From Clostridia bacterium (lineage in GTDB: Bacteria; Bacillota; Clostridia; UBA1212; DUPL01), in contig JBMNIW010000003.1 in the NCBI GenBank assembly GCA_050951325.1, positions 64,001-128,000 on the forward strand: a stretch of 64,000 nucleotides of DNA, given 5' to 3'. The notes below the pieces were generated by a model. It ran no database searches, had not been told where the DNA came from, and worked only from the letters and a program-made list of their open reading frames with translations. Every line of letters starts with the position of its first letter. The first letter of the stretch is position 1. The translations under genes and the position numbers were made by a program. Below are positions 61,210-64,000 of this stretch, piece after piece.

Positions 61210-63243
61210 TTATTTCAAAAACGGTGTAATCTCACCTTGATAGAACACTCTAAGTTCATGCATTGCCCTTGTGCAGGCCGTATACAGCATCTGCCGGTCG
61301 CTCTTGTCGTAGTATTCGTCCTTTGATGCATTCCAAATGGCAACACAGTCAAACTCAAGGCCTTTTGCAAGATAAACAGGAAGTATTTTCACCGCATACT
61401 TGGCGTCAAGCTTCAAATTAACCTCTTTTGCAGACTTCATTGACTTGCAGAGTACTGCAATATTCATGTATCCCTTTTCATACATATCGACAACAAATTT
61501 TGCAACTTCCTCATTCATTTTGTCCTTGCCTGTGCGAACCACCTCCGGTACATTGCCGCTTCTTATGCTGTGCTCTTCTTTTTTGTTTATAATGTGCGAG
61601 GCAAACTCTATAATCTCATTTGTCGACCTGTAATTGGTTGTAAGCTCATATTTTCTAAAGGGTCTTCTTTGTATTATGTCCCTTATATCATCCACAAAGT
61701 TGCCGGTGTTTTCAAATACAAGCTGTTTCCTGTCACCCACAAACAGCATGTTGCAGTGAGGGAACCTGCGTTTAATTAGTTCGAGAAATACAGGCGCAAA
61801 ATCCTGAGCTTCGTCCGCCAAAAGATAAAAAAGTGTGGGTTCAAACTCAAACTTGTACATAAGGGCGCTCATAAGCCCTATTGCACATATATCTTCCCAC
61901 AGAAGGGTTTTTGGTGCATACTTTTCGAGATTGACTCCCACCTCGTCAAAAAACTTCCTGTCCTGGTACATCCTGTAATACAAGGTTTCCACTGAATGGC
62001 AGGTGATCATGCTGTCAAGTCCCTCTTTTATATGCTCCTTGATTTCAAAGGACTTGATTTTTCTCATCTCGGCTACTCTTTCCGCAACGAGAGCTGTTCT
62101 TTCATAAACCGCCTCTGACCTGAACTCATCATAGAAGAGTTCCTCCAAAGTCTCCTTGTCAATATATTCTGTAAGCTCATCATCAAGGTAAAGGTCTTCC
62201 GGAACAAAAAGACTTTTCTCCACATGCTTTACATACTTCTTGACAATCTCTGAAAAATCTCTCGTGCACTTGAAGGCTGAGATTTTTCTTAGTCTTGTCA
62301 TCTCGGTTTTATTGGCAGAAAGAATGTACTCCTGGGATTCAAGCCTTCCGAGATAATGCGTGCCTGCAGAATAAAACAAAAAGTCGCCCACTATTTCCTC
62401 TGGCGATATCTGATTTATATTTTCTTCTCCCAAATCAGGTAAAACACTTGAAATGTACTCCGCAAACACCTTGTTCGGGGAAATGATTGCCAGCTGCTGG
62501 TTTCTAAGCCTATCCCTGAAGTGGTACAGCACATATGCAGCCTTATGAAGAGCAATGGATGATTTGCCGCTGCCAGGGCATCCCTGTATAACACTTACAC
62601 CTTCTATATAATCCCTGATTATCCGGTTCTGCTCCTTCTGCAAAGTCTGCACAATAACCTTCATCTTCTCGTCAGAGTTTCTGCTCAACACCTCATACAG
62701 AAACTCGTCATCCGAAGGCATGTGTATGTCAGTGAATTTTTCAAGTTTGCCGTTCTTGAATACATATCTTCTTTTAAGATGCAGAAGACCGTGAATTTCA
62801 CCCATCGGCGCCTTGTATGAAGCATTTCCGGGTTCGTGCTCGTAGTACAGGGAAGCTATTGGAGCCCTCCAGTCGTAAATAATTATGTTGTCTGTTTCCG
62901 GATCCTTGACTGTATGAATACCAATATAGAACTTGTCAACGGGATGTGAAACTTCCTGAAAATCAAACCTGGCAAAATATGGTTCTTTAAGCTGTCTGCC
63001 AAGTTTTGCAAGAACATTCAGCGTGGATTCATACATTCTCGTATCTTGGGCTTCCGCCTTGAGCAGATCCATCTTCTCATCATCTTTAAGCTCGTAAAAA
63101 TAATCTATGAAATATGTCCTATCCTTGACTATATCCTTGCGCTGTTTCTTAAGATAAGACAACTCTTCATCAACAAGCTTCTTAATAACATTTATGGTCA
63201 TCTCCGCATATTCAAGCTCTTTTCTTTTCTCTTCAGTATACAT
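61210..63243 (-). CDS. helD: HelD-like SF1 helicase/ATPase (RNA-polymerase-recycling type)
   Basis: PYFARFDF, DWRAPIASLYY, IVQTLQKEQN, GCPGSGKS, YISSVLPDLGE, DEAQD, AKGLEFD, YTACTRAMH. Confidence 0.75.
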   Translation of the reverse strand: MYTEEKRKELEYAEMTINVIKKLVDEELSYLKKQRKDIVKDRTYFIDYFYELKDDEKMDLLKAEAQDTRMYESTLNVLAKLGRQLKEPYFARFDFQEVSHPVDKFYIGIHTVKDPETDNIIIYDWRAPIASLYYEHEPGNASYKAPMGEIHGLLHLKRRYVFKNGKLEKFTDIHMPSDDEFLYEVLSRNSDEKMKVIVQTLQKEQNRIIRDYIEGVSVIQGCPGSGKSSIALHKAAYVLYHFRDRLRNQQLAIISPNKVFAEYISSVLPDLGEENINQISPEEIVGDFLFYSAGTHYLGRLESQEYILSANKTEMTRLRKISAFKCTRDFSEIVKKYVKHVEKSLFVPEDLYLDDELTEYIDKETLEELFYDEFRSEAVYERTALVAERVAEMRKIKSFEIKEHIKEGLDSMITCHSVETLYYRMYQDRKFFDEVGVNLEKYAPKTLLWEDICAIGLMSALMYKFEFEPTLFYLLADEAQDFAPVFLELIKRRFPHCNMLFVGDRKQLVFENTGNFVDDIRDIIQRRPFRKYELTTNYRSTNEIIEFASHIINKKEEHSIRSGNVPEVVRTGKDKMNEEVAKFVVDMYEKGYMNIAVLCKSMKSAKEVNLKLDAKYAVKILPVYLAKGLEFDCVAIWNASKDEYYDKSDRQMLYTACTRAMHELRVFYQGEITPFLK

Positions 63244-63247
63244 TCTT

Positions 63248-64000
63248 TCAACTCCTGTAGCTGCCATTTATTTTCACATAATCGTATGAAAAATCACATG
63301 TCCACATAATGGATTTTTCACTACCTAGGTTAAGGTCCACCAGAATCTTAAATTCGTCCTGTTTCAGTATTCCAATGGCAATGTCTTCATCAAATTCCAA
63401 AGCGACGCCGTTTTTACATACCGCAAGCCCTCCTATATATATATCTATTCTGTTAGGCTCAAAATAGGCCTTTGAATAGCCTGCTGCGGTAATAATTCTG
63501 CCCCAGTTTGCATCTTCACCAAAGAAAGCGGTCTTGCACAAAGGAGATTTTGCAATTGCGGAGGTTATAAGGTCGGCATCCTCTTTTGATTTAGCATTAA
63601 CAACCTCAATCTCCACAAGTTTTGTAGCTCCCTCGCCATCCTTGGCAATAGCTTTGGCAAGATTCAGGCAAACCTCATAAAGGGCCTGCTCAAAAAGAAT
63701 GTATTCACTTCCATCTTCTTCTATGCATTCGTTACCAGCCATTTGGCTAGCCATCACAAGGCACATGTCGCAAACAGAAGTATCTCCGTCAACAGATACT
63801 CTGTTAAAAGTCTTGTTAACGACATTGGATAATGCCTTGTCTAGCATTTTCTTTGAAATATTTGCATCAGTAGTAATAATGGATATCATAGTGGCCATGT
63901 TGGGATGAATCATCCCGCTGCCTTTTGCCATACCGCCAATTCTGACGGTTTTTCCTCCTATGACGGTCTCCTTCTCATACAACTTCGGTACCGTGTCCGT
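63248..64000 (-). CDS. argJ: Ornithine acetyltransferase ArgJ (5' part lies beyond the window)
   Basis: TDTVPK, KGSGMIHPNMATM, DGEGATK, DANWGR, WTCDFSYDYVKINGSYRS. Confidence 0.96.
   Translation of the reverse strand, partial: TDTVPKLYEKETVIGGKTVRIGGMAKGSGMIHPNMATMISIITTDANISKKMLDKALSNVVNKTFNRVSVDGDTSVCDMCLVMASQMAGNECIEEDGSEYILFEQALYEVCLNLAKAIAKDGEGATKLVEIEVVNAKSKEDADLITSAIAKSPLCKTAFFGEDANWGRIITAAGYSKAYFEPNRIDIYIGGLAVCKNGVALEFDEDIAIGILKQDEFKILVDLNLGSEKSIMWTCDFSYDYVKINGSYRS

Overview
Core-genome window of a low-GC, spore-forming Clostridia bacterium. Its ribosomal-protein features resemble Acetivibrio/Ruminiclostridium-type lineages (inference). Almost all genes lie on the minus strand. In transcription order: argJ (partial)-helD-like-whiA; spoIIAA-spoIIAB-sigF; spoVAC-spoVAD-spoVAE; comEC-holA; rpsT; gpr; ligA; gltX-glnS-mrnC-rlmB-pcrA; hisZGDCB(IE) without hisHAF; CIRCE-groES-groEL; guaB; greA-lysS-(J-like/solute-binding-like fusion); a full rRNA operon (16S-tRNA-Ala-23S-5S) directly upstream of the S10-spc-alpha cluster; ecfA1A2T-nnr-alr-antitoxin-mazF; and a few small sporulation genes (SASP, DUF378, ytxC). 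I saw no mobile element, prophage or CRISPR array. The most interesting signals are: (i) hairpins that would bury the RBS or start codon of gpr, spoVAC and comEC only in read-through transcripts, with each gene's own promoter positioned to bypass them; (ii) an HPD-less J-like domain fused through a TM helix to a solute-binding-like domain; (iii) insertions or extensions in several exit-tunnel ribosomal proteins plus an extended 16S helix 44 tip; (iv) an incomplete his operon under a HisR-like operator. Family names come from motif recognition, not database searches.
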